In this document: one piece after another, positions 32,801 through 44,677 of the stretch
How positions within the stretch are numbered: position 1 is the first letter of the stretch
Layout of the letters: each line of letters opens with the position of its first letter
Source of the DNA: Emiliania huxleyi CCMP1516
Lineage: Eukaryota
Length of the DNA stretch: 57,072 bases
Assembly: GCF_000372725.1 (NCBI RefSeq)
Contig: NW_005201286.1
Span: 292,105 to 349,176 of the forward strand
Reading direction: 5' to 3'
Translations under genes and position numbers: made by a program
Notes under the pieces: generated by a model
Database searches by the model: none
Seen by the model: only the letters and a program-made list of their open reading frames with translations
What the model was told of the DNA's origin: nothing

Positions 32801-35800
32801 GGTGGGGTCGGGCGGAAGCCCCTCCGACTCGAACACGGGCCCCGTGAGGACAACGTCGTCCGGCAGGAGGAAGGCCTGCCCCGTCTGCAGGCCCTCGGGC
32901 GGCGCCGCGCCGGCCGCCAGCGGAACCGCCTGCACCGGCCGCCTGCACCGGCCATCCGAGGCGCGCGGGTCGGCCACTTGCTGTACAGCCTCGCCTGGCG
33001 GCGCGTTGGAGGGAGCGCGCAGGCCAGCGTAGGGCTGCGTCGGCGGCAGGCGGCCATACCCCTCCGTGGAGGCGGAGGCCACCGGCGCCTCGTCGCCGCC
33101 CTCGCCGCCGCCCTCGCCGGGCTCGCGAGACCGCAGAGCTGGCGGCGCCGAGGGATCGCCAGCGGCGCCACCGGAGGCCGCCGGCATCGAGGCCGGCGGC
33201 GTCGACGACGGCGCCGGCCCTGAACGTCCCAGAAGCACCTCGTCGGAGTCGCCGCTGCGGCAGAAGCAGCCGTAGAGTCCCGGCGCAATCTCGATCTCGC
33301 GGATGTCCTGCATGACGAGATCGTCGAAGCGGCCGAGCACCAGCCTCGCCTCCATGGGCCACTCCGACGAGCCCCATCTGCGCACAAAGACGCGCAGGGT
33401 GTCCGACGCGAGCTGTCGGGTCTCGCGCCGCTCCTCCTCCGGCTCGCCCGGAGCCTCGAGCGCGACAGCGGCGGCCAGCAGCGTCTCGGCCTTCGCCGCG
33501 CTGAAGCGCTGTCCATTCACTCCATGGAGTGGGAGCAGCGAGATGCCAAAGAGCATCAGGCCGAGGTCGTAGTAGATCGCGACGCCCTCATCTGCGTCGT
33601 CGCAGAGGACTACACGCGGCCAGCGGGGGACCAGCTCGGCCTGCTGGCCCGCCGCTGGGTAGCGGAAGATGAGGTACCCGTCTCTCCTGGCCCGCAGCGC
33701 CGCCACCACGCGGTCCGTCGCCCGCTGGCGCGCGTGCCGCTCCGCGGCGCTGTCGGGGGCGCGACACCGGACCGTGCCGATGTAGCGGCCTCCGCCCGGC
33801 GGTGGCGACGGCAAGCGGGTGGCCGCGGCGAGGTCCGGCGCCGCCGGCGCCTCGAGATCCATCGGCTGGTTGCCGACCTTGGCACGAGGCGCATCGTCGG
33901 TGCCGCGGTCGGCGTCGCCGCCTCCGGTGGCAGCAGCGCTGGAGCCGGCGCCGGCGCCGGTGGCAGCTCCGGCGGTGCCGCGGCCGGGCGGAGGCGGCAG
34001 CGCGTCGACGGCGACGCCAAAGAACTCTCCAAAGGCCTCGCGGAACGAGCTGCAGCCGGACTTGAGGTCGTCAGCCACGAGCCAGTGCCCCGGCGCGTGA
34101 ATCCGTAGCTGGTCCCGGCAGTACTCCTCCTCAAGCGGCCAGCTCGGAAAGCAGAGGTGGCCGGTGAAGACGGGAAAGTGCGAGTGGCCGCAGCCGCACT
34201 TGTCGCCGCAGCGCGAGACCCAGTCGAAGAGCGAGATGTGCGGCGCCTCGGCGCGACGCTCGGGGGAGAGAAAGCGCTGCAGCGGCGTCTTCTTGGCGAG
34301 CGGCGCCTCCTCGTCCGTCGCGTCTCTGTCGAGCATGCGCCACCCGCTGAGGCCGCAGAAGTTGTGGCGGCGCGTGCAGCGGACGAGGGGGATGCCGAGG
34401 AGGATGACGTCGCAGCAGTGCACCGGCCAGTCGACCATCCCGACAGCGCGGCGGAGCAGCGAGCGCGCCAGCGCGCGCACGCTCGAGTTTGCGTCGGCGG
34501 CCTTTGCGAGGTCGGCGTAGACCTTGATCAGATCGTCGGTCGAAGCGGCGCCCTTGCAGCAGTACTCGTTGAGATAGCGGTCGAGCGCCTCGCACTTCTC
34601 CTCGAGGACGAGCTGCGTGTCCGAATTGCCGCCCCAATCTTCGAGCACGCACCGGATGTGCTGGATGAGGAAAGGGTTCGCGCGAGGCCCCGCCACGCGC
34701 GGGTGCTCGGCCGAGCCCTCGAGCCGCGGCTCCGCGTGCAGCTGCTTGCCGGCGCCGCACTTGGCAACCTCGTCAAAGTCGCCGAAATGGAAGCGGCAGG
34801 AGCGCTTGCGGTAGCGCTGCCCCGCGACGCCCGTGCCGCCGTCGCCGTCGTCACGCTTGCGCTTTCCCGCGCCGCGCAGCCGCACCAGCGGGCCGAGGCA
34901 CGTCGGCGTGCAGCGATGATGCGCCACGGTGCGAACGAGCTTGAAGTAGCGGCGCTCGCGCCCGCGCAGCCCGCCGCGCGCCACCTCGCCGAGCACGGTC
35001 GTCTTGAGCGCCAGCTTGGCTGCCGCCGGGTCGTCGTCGCCCGCCTGGAGCAGCGGGGGCGCCAGCGAAACGTAGCCGGGGCTGGGGGGCGAGGGGGTGG
35101 CAGCCGCCGCCGGTGCCGCATTGGGAGCCGAAGGAGTGCCGAGCGGGGCGGCGTCGCCCTCGTCGAGCGGGGGCGCGGGCGGAGGCCTCCCGTGTCGACC
35201 GCCGGCGCCACCGCCCGAGCCGGCGCCGGCGGCGCGGCGTGGCGGGGCGACCGCTGCGGAGCCAGCAGCGGCAGGAGCGAGGCGGTGGCCGGCGGCGCGG
35301 CGTGGCGGGGCGACCGCTGCGGAGCCAGCAGCGGCAGGAGCGAGGCGGTGGCCGGCGGCGCGGCGTGGCGGGGCGACCGCTGCGGAGCCAGCAGCGGCAG
35401 GAGCGAGGCGGTGGGAAAGTGTCGCAGCAGCGCGTGGCACTGTAGCCGATCCCAGCCAGCCCCACGTCGCCAGCCCGGCGTCCGGCAGGCTGGGGATGCC
35501 GCTTACGGGCGTGGTCACTATGCCGAGGAGTCCGGGGCGCTGCTGCCCGAGTTTCTGTGCCATCCCCCCCCCGAGAATGAACTGGCCATCGTCGAGCGAG
35601 GCGTTGCTCCGGTTGGCGCCCCACACGAAAACGTTGTCGGCTGAGGCCTCGCTGGCGTCGAGCCAAGCCGTGAAGCGCACCCGCCGCGGGCCGAAGAGAC
35701 TGCGAAGAGCACGAGCCCGCTCCCCGATGAACGCGACGAGCAGCTCGAGCGCGCCGGCGCCGTGCGCCCCCCACTGCCTCCTGGCGTGATTGCTACCGAG

Positions 35801-38800
35801 CGCCGTGCGCTCAACCGACCCGGGGAAGGTCACAACGGCAGCGGGGCGCGCCTCCATGTGCGATTGGAGCGCCGCGAAGCGGCCGCGGTTGAAGTCGATA
35901 AACGGCTGCACCAGGGCCGGGGGGTCGGCCGCCTGCGGCGGCGCACCCGTCGGCGCGGCGGCGCACACTCCAGGGCCTGCAGCAGCGGCGGGCGCGGCTG
36001 GCGACGGAGGGGAGGCGGCAGCGGCGGCGGCGGCGGAGGGGCGTGGCGGCGGCGCTGCTCGCATCAGACGCGCGATCAGAGGATCGCTCCGCGCGAGTCC
36101 CATGATCGGCGGCGGCGGAGACGACGGCGAGCCCGGAGGCGACGGAGGCAGGGACGGAGGCAGCGCGCCCGCGAGCGAAGACGCCCCCGCGAGCGAGCCC
36201 GAAGGCGGGCCGGCCTGAAGCAGCCTGGCCGAGCGACGGACGCCGGCCGAGGCACCGGCGGCCGAGGCGCCGGCGGCCGAGGCGCCGCCCCGCCCGCGCT
36301 TCTGGCCGCCCCGGCCGCCCCGCCCCGTCGGGGCCGAGCGAGCGCGCCGCCGCGCTGCGGGGGCACCCGGAGCCGGGGCATCCGGGGCATCCGGATGCGG
36401 CGCGCCCCCCGCCCCGTCCGCGGCTCCGGGGCCCGACATCCACCCCCAGAGCGCTTCCGCGGCGCGCGAGGCCGCGGCCTGGCTCTCCGGGGTCTTGTCG
36501 AAGAGCTCGTTGACGCTGCAGCCGGTCGAGGCGAGGAGCTTCTCACGCTGCGCGTGGTGCGAGAAGGACATCGCAAGCCCGTGCGCGTGCGCAGCGCCGC
36601 GGCCCTTTGCAAACTCGAGGCGCCACCACGCGTCGTCGTACTCGAGGACCTCGCGGAGCACAGTGCTCCAGAAGTTGACCGTGCGCGCGTCGAAGTACGC
36701 GACGACGACGTGCGAACACTCGAGCAGCAGGTTGCGTGCCCTGTCGGGCGACAGCAGCTCGGCCGCCCCCTCCGCGCCGCGTGTGGCCCAGACGTACTCC
36801 TCGAGGAGGGCGCGCATCTGCGGCCAGTGGAACTCCGCCATCGAGTTGGTCTGAAAGTAAGTCGGCACGTCGCCGTGCGCCGCCCGACGGAACTGCTGCA
36901 GCGCGCGGAGCTTGGTGTGTTCTCCGCGCCAGTACATTGGCGAATTTTTGAGGTTCGCGCCGATCGAGAGGATCTTGCGGGGGACAGACTCGTCCCCCGC
37001 CTCGAGGGCCTGCACAAGCTCGGGCACCGTACGGTGTGCCTCCGCCAGCTGCTGGGAGACGCAGTAGCCGGCCTGCTGCGACGCCTTGAGCCGCATCAGA
37101 AGATTAGTGAGGTGGATCTTGAGCACGGCGCCAAGCCGCCCATCCGCCGCAAAGACGAGATGCGAGACGGCGACGGAGAAGTCGACCTTCCGCAGCCGCG
37201 GCACCGTCGGGTCGCCGGAGCCCGCGACAAACACCGTCGGGTAGCACATCCCGAAGAAGCCCTCCGTCGCGAGCTCGCGCACCGGCGCCCCCGAGCTGCG
37301 AACCCAGTCAGCGCTGCCGACGCCGGCGCCGGCAAAGAGGGCGTCTGCCTTGGCGCTGTCACCGTCGAGCAAGTCGAGGACGAGGCGGCGCACCTGCGGG
37401 CCGGAAGCGAGTGGCGTCGGCGCAAGCAAGGAGTGGGCTAGGGCACGCGAGGCTCCGCGGCGGCACCTCGGCATCGGCGTCCTTGGAGTCGATCGGGGAG
37501 ACCAGCCCCGAGTGGCTCACCGAGCCGTCCCCGTCGACCTCGGGCGGGAGCTCATTCTGCGCCGGGGCGGGACCGCCCTCCTCCTCCTCCTCCTCGGCCG
37601 CGCCGGCGGCGCGCGCCGGCTTCTCGTGCACGGGCAGCCCAGGCAGCTCGGCGCGCTCCTCTGGCACGGCCTGCTGCCTTTGCTGCGACATCACGACGTC
37701 GGAGTAGTACCGGTTGGGGATGTGAAGGAACCAGCGGCCGCTGAGCCGCTCGCCGGAGGGGAGGTCGGGGCCGGAGTACCGCTCCCAGTCGGCGGATGCG
37801 GAGTAGAGAGCTCGCACATCATACACGTCTACGAAGTAGCTGTCGACGGTCGGCCGGTGCGGCGAGCCGCCCGGCGGGTCGCCGCGCACGAGGCCGGTCA
37901 GCGCGCCCTGCACCGATCGCCTATCCGCCGCGAAAGCGCGCCCACCGTCGTGGCGCGCGCCCGCCTTGCGCAGGATGATGAGGCCCAGCTCGCTCGCGTG
38001 CCGAGGCAGCTCGCGCGCCACCTTGAACATGTCGTTTGGTAACGTCGTGCAGCTGCCGGCGGACGAAAGCATGCCGCCCGACATCCTCCTGATGCGCATC
38101 ACGGGGATGATCCGCGCGATCAGCATGCTCTCGACCTGCGACAGGCACTTGAGCCATGACGGGGCGACGCGGAGGTGCATGTCGTTGTGCCGCATAGCGT
38201 CTGCGGGCGGCCCGAGGTCGTCCGGCAGGACGGTGCGCACACCCGAGAAGAGCTGGCAGCGGCCGCGCGACTCGCGGCGCCGGTGCTTCCGGCAGTCGGT
38301 GCACACGTAGAGCAGGCGACGGAGGTGGCGCCAAGCCAGCTCATCAGGCGACGCGCGCCACACGCTGAGCGAAACGGGCGGCGTGCCTTCCGGCCGGAGC
38401 GGCGGCTCCACGGCCGGAGTGCACATTAACATCGGACGGCACGTGTCGCAGACGTGGCAGCGCCTGCGGCACTGGGCGGCGCAAGAGTGAGGGGGACGGG
38501 TGCACTCGCCGCACCGCCGCCGCACCGCTCAACGCGCACCGGACGCGGTGCAGCTGCTCGCCGGCCTCAAAGGCGACGCCCGCCTCGCGCACGCGCGGGT
38601 TGGAGTGGGCGGAGGCGTCGCCGAGCACGCGGTCGATGGCCTCGTCGCACACTTCAAAGCCGCCGCTGACGAGGGGTGGAGGGAAGGGGACGGAGGAAAT
38701 GGTCGGATGCGATGGTGGCGGCTGAGAGCGAGGGCTAGTGGCGGTGGCTATGGTGGCCTCTCCGCCCGGGGAGAAGAGCGCATCATGCAGGGCGTGGTGT

Positions 38801-39680
38801 GCTAGACGTGAGCGGCACATATGTGTGTGCCCGTCGCCGTCAGCGGCTCCGTCGGGGACGGCAGCCCGGCGGATGCCGTCGCCGCCGGCCGGCGTCGACG
38901 ACCCGAAGACAGTGCGCAGCTCGCGGTCGCGGAGCGACAGCTGGCAGCCTGCCCACTGCGCTCCGAGTCGTTGCCGCAGCACGCGGAGGTTGCCGACGTA
39001 CGAGAGCAGAGTGGCGTCGGTGTGCGTCACCTTGTAGCGCGAGACGGCGACTACGCAACCGAGGGAAAGGGGGGGGGGGGGGTGAGCAAGCACCGCCGGC
39101 GTGCAGCGAAACGGGGCGAGCGTGCGCGACCCTGACGCTCGGCGCGAGGCGGCGTCTCCTCTCCGCCCTCCATCAGGTAGAGCGCGGCGGCCCACGAGCG
39201 GAGAGAGGCCTCATCGAGCCGGTCGGAAGCGACCGAGCTCGTCACCACCCCGGTCGCCTGCGCGTGCTCGTACGCGTCTCGTGCGACCTGCCTCGCGGCC
39301 AGTCCAAAGAAGTCCCTCGTCGTCGCGCCGGCGGCCGCCGCCGCCGGCAGTGGAGGCGGGTCGACGTGCGGCTGCGGCTGCGGCGGCGGCGGCGGCGGCG
39401 GCGGCGGCAACCCCGCAGCGGAAGCGGCCGGCCCGGTCGGCGGTGGCGGAGGGAAAACGGTAGCGACTCCGCCCGGCGGCAGCGGCACCACCGCATCCGC
39501 GCCACCACCGTCGGCGAATTGCTGACGGCAGCGCTCCAAGACGCGAGAGCCACCGGGCCGGCCTCCAACGCCGAGCGGGCGCGGAGGAGTGTTGCCGACG
39601 TCCGAGAGCGCAGTGCGTTGTCGCGGCGAGCCTCCGCCGCCACCTCCGCCGCAGGCGTGCGGCCCGCTCGACTGTGACAT
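29855..39680 (-). CDS. Helitron RepHel transposase: Zn-finger/DUF6570-like region, HUH Rep and PIF1-family helicase; about 8 spliceosomal introns
   Basis: DUF6570-like VESMLIARIIP..LPR..NRYYSDV (~37.7-38.15 kb). YPTVFVAG; SPMYW; PTYFQTNS..HWP; EFAKGRGAAHAH (~36590); YLNEYCCK (~34560). Walker A GTAGVGKS (~32120), APTGSAA, LDEDGM, FGG..GDHGQLP, MRQ, NGARG, HKTQG, YTLFSRV. Introns include 37466-37394, 32095-32009 and 31423-31347. Confidence 0.9.
35228..35413. repeat. 63-bp tandem repeat x3 inside the RepHel ORF (AAGHRLAPAAAGSAAVAPPRR)
   Basis: Three near-identical in-frame units. Confidence 0.9.
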
Positions 39681-39809
39681 GAAGCAAATCTTGCCCAGAC
39701 ACAATGACTGCCTCGCCTGCTGCTTTCGCCGAGTCACGCCGGGAGTTTGAGAATTCTTTTTGCCACTGAAACCTTTTTTGGCCGTGATACTGGTGGTTAA
39801 GCGACCAGC

Positions 39810-40511
39810 ATGGCAGCCTCCAGCGACCTGCAGGCTCTGCAGCTTGAGAATCGGAACCTGCAGCAAAAGCTCGACTGGAAGCAGCTCAAGATCAACGAGC
39901 TCGAGACGAAAGTTCGCGATCTCCGCGGTGGCGGCCTCGCCGCCGACCTCGGGCGCATCGAGCGGTCCATCGGCCGCCTCTCGCTGCAGATGGAGCACGT
40001 CCAGCTCGTCATCAAGAAGCCGGAGTGGTCGTTTCACACCTTTGCGATGCCGGAGAAGACCGCCTCCTCGGCGCACACCATCTTTGTCCGGCCGCCCAGC
40101 GGGGACCGGATCGAGGTCACCATTCCGCCGGGCAAGCAGCCCGGCGAGGTCTTCACCGTCATGCTCAAGGACGAGGACGCGTACCCGCCGGACTGGCCGT
40201 GGCACGCGGCGCCGCCCGCGGCGCCCGCGCACTCCGCGCCGCCGCCGTGGGCGGAGGAGCAGCAGCAGGAGGAGGAGGGCGAGGACGGGGAGGAGGGCGC
40301 AGGCGAGGAAGGCGCAGACGAGGCGGCCCTCCGGAAGAAAGCCAAGGCAAAGGCCGATGTCGAGCGGCGCAAGGAGCAGCGGCACGCCGCAGCCGCGGCG
40401 GCAGGCCGCGTGCCCGGCCAGCATGGCAACCCAAACTGCCGCGCGCGGCCGGCAGAGCCGGAGGGAGGCGCGGCAGGAGGTCCCTCCTCCTCGCGCATGG
40501 CTGTGGAGTGA
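39810..40511 (+). CDS. Hypothetical coiled-coil protein with a VTIPPGKQPGEVFTV beta-motif, divergent from RepHel inside the element
   Basis: Protein-like 233-aa ORF with GC3-rich codons and a heptad-rich N-terminus. Its ATG is 130 bp from the RepHel ATG. Confidence 0.65.
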   Translation: MAASSDLQALQLENRNLQQKLDWKQLKINELETKVRDLRGGGLAADLGRIERSIGRLSLQMEHVQLVIKKPEWSFHTFAMPEKTASSAHTIFVRPPSGDRIEVTIPPGKQPGEVFTVMLKDEDAYPPDWPWHAAPPAAPAHSAPPPWAEEQQQEEEGEDGEEGAGEEGADEAALRKKAKAKADVERRKEQRHAAAAAAGRVPGQHGNPNCRARPAEPEGGAAGGPSSSRMAVE

Positions 40512-40689
40512 GTCCCGAAGGTGTGCGCTGAGAGGTGTGCAGTGGTGCACCGGAGGTGAGGACGGGAGGGAGGGCTGCGAGCCACTCTTGTGTGTGTGCG
40601 GCGCCACGCCTCACGAGGTCTCCGTTTTTATTCATTTATTTGCCACGCGCACGCCGTCCCCCTCTCACTCACAGAGTGTCACACATACG

Positions 40690-41243
40690 GGGGAAGGACC
40701 GTGAGTTGACGGAAATCGGAGGACGCGACCCACTTCGCCACAGACGGTCCCGCGCCTCGCCGCTATGACGGGGACACACCCCGCACCGTCCGCTGTGTCC
40801 CCGTCTTTGTCCGGAGTGAAAAGTCCAACGCGCTCGTCGGTGACGGCTTCCTCCAACCTGCGCCGCGCTCGGCGAACCTCGACAGCGCCTTCGGTGGCAT
40901 GCAGCTCTTTGCGCCTGAAGCCTGGAGTGAAGCTCCTCTGCTGCTCACACACTCTGCACAGATGACACAGCCCACTGTGCGGCTGCCACAGCTGTGACAG
41001 CGATGGGCTCGCCCTCACTGGCCCTCAGTCACTTGTGCTGCGGCTTGTGTGAGCGACACTGCGCGGCGACTGCCGGCACACTGTGAGACCATGGGTGTGA
41101 GGTAAAACCACGCTACCAGCGCTTGGTCACATCGGCCCCGAGGTCAGATCCTTCTACTCTGTTGATGACAACACTTGTCTACTCGCTGGAGCCGAGCAGG
41201 AGGGCTTGGCGCACAACCCCTGTTCAACTCAGGGTCCTTCCCC
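40690..41243. mobile_element. Candidate small TIR element nested in the Helitron
   Basis: GGGGAAGGACCGTGAGTTGA (40690-40709) versus TCAACTCAGGGTCCTTCCCC (41224-41243): 19/20 inverted match. No TSD found. Confidence 0.5.
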
Positions 41244-42340
41244 TTTACACCACACGGCCCTGCGTGGCCGCGGGAAGGGTGTTGGTTGAGACGCGGGGCG
41301 ACTGCGGACTGGGTGGGCGGGGCGAGGGCGGAGGGGCGGAGCAGCGACGCGCGCGCGACGGAGGGGCGGAGCAGCGACCGCTGGCGCGGTCGCTGCTCCG
41401 TCTGTGCCAGAGACACGCGCTCTGCCCCTCCACAGAGCGCGCGTGAGGCAAGGTGGGGGCAAGCGTGGCGGCGCGGGGACGCGCGGCGGCGGCGGCGAGC
41501 ATCCGAGCGCTCCGTGCGCGGTGAGGCGGCCGGGCGAGGGCGCGGCGGGCGACGGGGCAAGGGAGCAGCCGGGCGAGGAGAGGTAGGAGGTGCTCGCCGG
41601 CGAGCGCTCCCGCGCCTGCGAAGGGGCAAGGCCTGAGGGCGGGCGGGCGGGCGGGCGGGCGGGCGCGGGTGGGGGGGATAAACGCTGCGCCGCCAAAGGA
41701 ACCAGCGACACTGGCCGCGGCTCGTCGCCACGCGCCGGCTCGGAAGAGGGGCTGTCGGCGGCGAAGCAGAGTGGCACGCCTCGCCGCTCGAGCCGCCGAC
41801 AGCCCCCCTCCTCGACGTGACGGCCGCTCCCGGAGCCGGCCGGTGCGCGCCCGACCCACGCCCCCTCTCGCACCCCTCCGACCCCCCCTGCGCGGCGCAC
41901 CCGTCCGCTGTGCGCCGGCTCGAGCGCCTATTGCCAAATCGCGACGTTTGAGCGCAGCGCACGCATCCTCTGGGCGCCTGAGCGCGGCGGAATCTTGCCA
42001 GAATGTGGCCGCAGGAAGAGCCTCCGGCGGGCCTCCGGCGGACGCCTGGCGGCGTGGCGCTGCGCGCCGGCCTGCGGCCCAAAGCCCGAACGAGCGGTCA
42101 AGTTAACTTGACGCGCCGAATCCCTTGGTTGGCCCTCGCAGCTGTGATACAAAAGTGGGGACGCGCCTGGCGGCGCGCCCCCAAAAAAAGAGCCGATGAA
42201 TGCGCACGGCTAGCGTCAGCTGTCATCCCTCACTGGGGTTGTCCGTTATTTATTTTTCTTTTTTCAGCCGTCACGACTTATTTGCGCCTGCATACCTCCA
42301 ATTTCTTTTCCGCGGCCCATGGGTAATTCTTTTCCTCGCG

Positions 42341-43416
42341 ATGTCGCTCGCGCATGAACGTACACATATGCGCCACGCCGCCTCGGCCTCCACCGCCGCC
42401 CCCTCGCCAGACACGCCGCCGCCCGCCCGCCTCCTCGACCTCCCCACGGAGCTCCTCCTGCGCGCCCTCTCTCGCTGCGACCCCGCCGACATCGCTCGCG
42501 TCGCGGCTGTCTCGCTGCTCTTCCACGCCTCGCTCGCGGAGCAGGGCATCCGCTTGTGGGCGCAAGAGCGCGGCTACGAGCTTCCGGCGCTGCCAGAGGG
42601 CGAGGGCTGCGCCGTGCGGTGGCTGTGCTATTTGGCGCTGCTGTGCGAGTCCAACCCGCCGGCGAGGGCGGCGGCAGGCTCCTCCTACAGCGTCTTCATC
42701 GACGGCGAGGGGCGGCTCTCGTCGTGCGGCTACGCGCCGCCTTTCTATCCAGGACTACTCGGGCACGGTGAGGGGGTGACGCGGCTCAACACGCCGACCC
42801 GCCTCCCGTCGACGCTGGGCGGTGAGCGCGTCGTGAGCGTGTCGGCGGGAGGATGCCACAGCCTCGCCCTCACCGGCGGCGGTAGCGTCTGGAGCTGGGG
42901 CCATGGAGGGGATGGCGAGCTGGGCCACGGCGACCTGCAGGACCAGTGGCAGCCGACGGAGGTGGAGGCCTTCGCTGAACGGCGCGTCGTCGCTGTCTCG
43001 GCTGGAGCCCGCCACAGCCTCGCCCTCACCGCCGACGGCGCCGTCTGGAGCTGGGGCTGGGGAGCCGGTGGCCAGCTGGGCCTCGGCGACCGGCAAACCC
43101 AGTGGCAGCCCACGAAGCTCGAGGCCTTAGCTGACCAGCGCGTCCTCGTCGTATCGGCAGGACGCGAACACAGCTTCGCCCTCACCGCGGACGGTAGCGT
43201 CTGGAGCTGGGGCATGGGAGCCCAAGGCCGGCTGGGCCACGGCGACCAGGAGCACCAGCTGCTGCCCAAGAAGGTCGAGGCCTTGGCAGGCCAGCGCGTC
43301 ATCGCTGTGTCGGCGGGAGGCGAACACAGCCTCACCCTCACCGCCGACGGAAGTGTCTGGAGCTGGGGCTTTGGAGTCGAAGGCCAGCTGGGCCACGGCG
43401 ACATGCAGAACCAACT
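42341..43416 (+). pseudogene. Truncated paralogue of the F-box-like/RCC1 gene
   Basis: Highly similar to 4037-5476, but homology stops at ...GDMQNQL (43416) after ~5 repeats. The ORF continues through unrelated sequence to 43636. Confidence 0.7.
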
Positions 43417-44677
43417 GGCGGGAGAGAAGCCGGGGGGGACCTCACTGGTGTCGAGCGGGCGGATGGCTTCTTGCCACCCGCTCAGGAGGCTTCGTTGTGT
43501 TCCCCCCGTCCGCCAGCGAGACTGGCTCAGTCGCTGGCGGCCGCAGTCTTCTGTGAGGGGCGACTTTGCGCTGGCCACTGCTCGCGCGGTCCTGACTGAC
43601 ATCGGGCGTGACTGCTGCTGCGGCTGGCTCCTCTAGCGCCTGCAGAGAGTCCAGAGAGTCTCATCAGAGACGCACCGGACGCGTTGCTACGTGTGCCAGC
43701 CGCTTCTGGCCTTCTATTCGTGGTTGTGCATGTGTCATGTGATAGGGTGACGAAGGACCGCGGTGGGGTGGGGGCGGAGGCGCCGGCGGCGCGCACACCC
43801 CGCCCGCACACGCCGTCGCCGCAGGCCCACTCCACGCTCCATATTTTCCAATACATAAGAGAGAGTACGTACATATAAGAACAGGAGGCTGGCACTACGC
43901 TCTGTCAATCTGGCGAGAGCTCGAGAGGGGACGGCTCTCGGCTGACCTGTACAGACTACGGCCCTCTACAGAGCACGGTGCACAGTGTCAGTGTCATGTC
44001 TCATGTCACATGTGTGCGGACCCCGTGCAGTCACTACTGACTCGGACTCAAGGAATTTGAGAGATTGCTCTCGCTGATCCACACACTGAGCGCTATTTGT
44101 AGACGAGAGGTTCAAAAGACGAACGGGTTCTTCGGCAACAGTCGGCTCGATGGCCAAACCGTGCCACCAAACTTCCCGATGTGCTGCTGCTTGGTGGCAA
44201 CGGCTCGGCCCAGGAGGTAGGAGGCCATTGCCGTAGTAGAGACGAGCAGCGCGTTCAAGTGCGAGGTGGGCATATTGTGACCTGCGTTGGTTGGGGTCGC
44301 ACGTGAGTGGAGCGGCAGCGGGAAAGTGGCGTGCGTGCTCAGGTGAGCGTCGTCGTGGCGAATGTCATGACTGGTGGTGTGGTGATGGTATGAGCGTCGT
44401 TTGTTTGGCTGCTGCCGGCGTGTGGTGGCAGTTGTGGCGCTGAAGCAGAGGCCGCTGCGGTGAGGGCTCTCCTTAGCGACACGCGCTGAGAGCAAGGATG
44501 ACAGGGGTATAGAAACTTCGGCCCTTTTATGATCAAACGCAGCGGGGTTTATTTTCTTCGCGCGGTGCCTCAAATCCGAGCACCTTTGGCAGGGACGAAT
44601 AGGTGTGTGTGTGTACGATGTCCGCGTCAGGACAGCGCGACCACCGCAAGGTTGATCGCGCCGCACCCTACATTACC

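Larger units (their letters stand above)
29502..42183 (-). mobile_element. Helitron2/Helentron-type rolling-circle transposon, ~12.7 kb (ends tentative)
   Basis: Contains a full RepHel gene. Candidate subterminal IRs TGGGGGCGCG (29502-29511) and CGCGCCCCCA (42174-42183). The latter forms a hairpin with 42157-42167 and abuts a T-run on the coding strand. Host genes bound it at 29396 and 42341. Confidence 0.7.

Noticed and set aside
43966..44470. Short minus-strand ORFs suggesting a small gene
   Set aside because: Broken across frames, with no domain or convincing splice sites.
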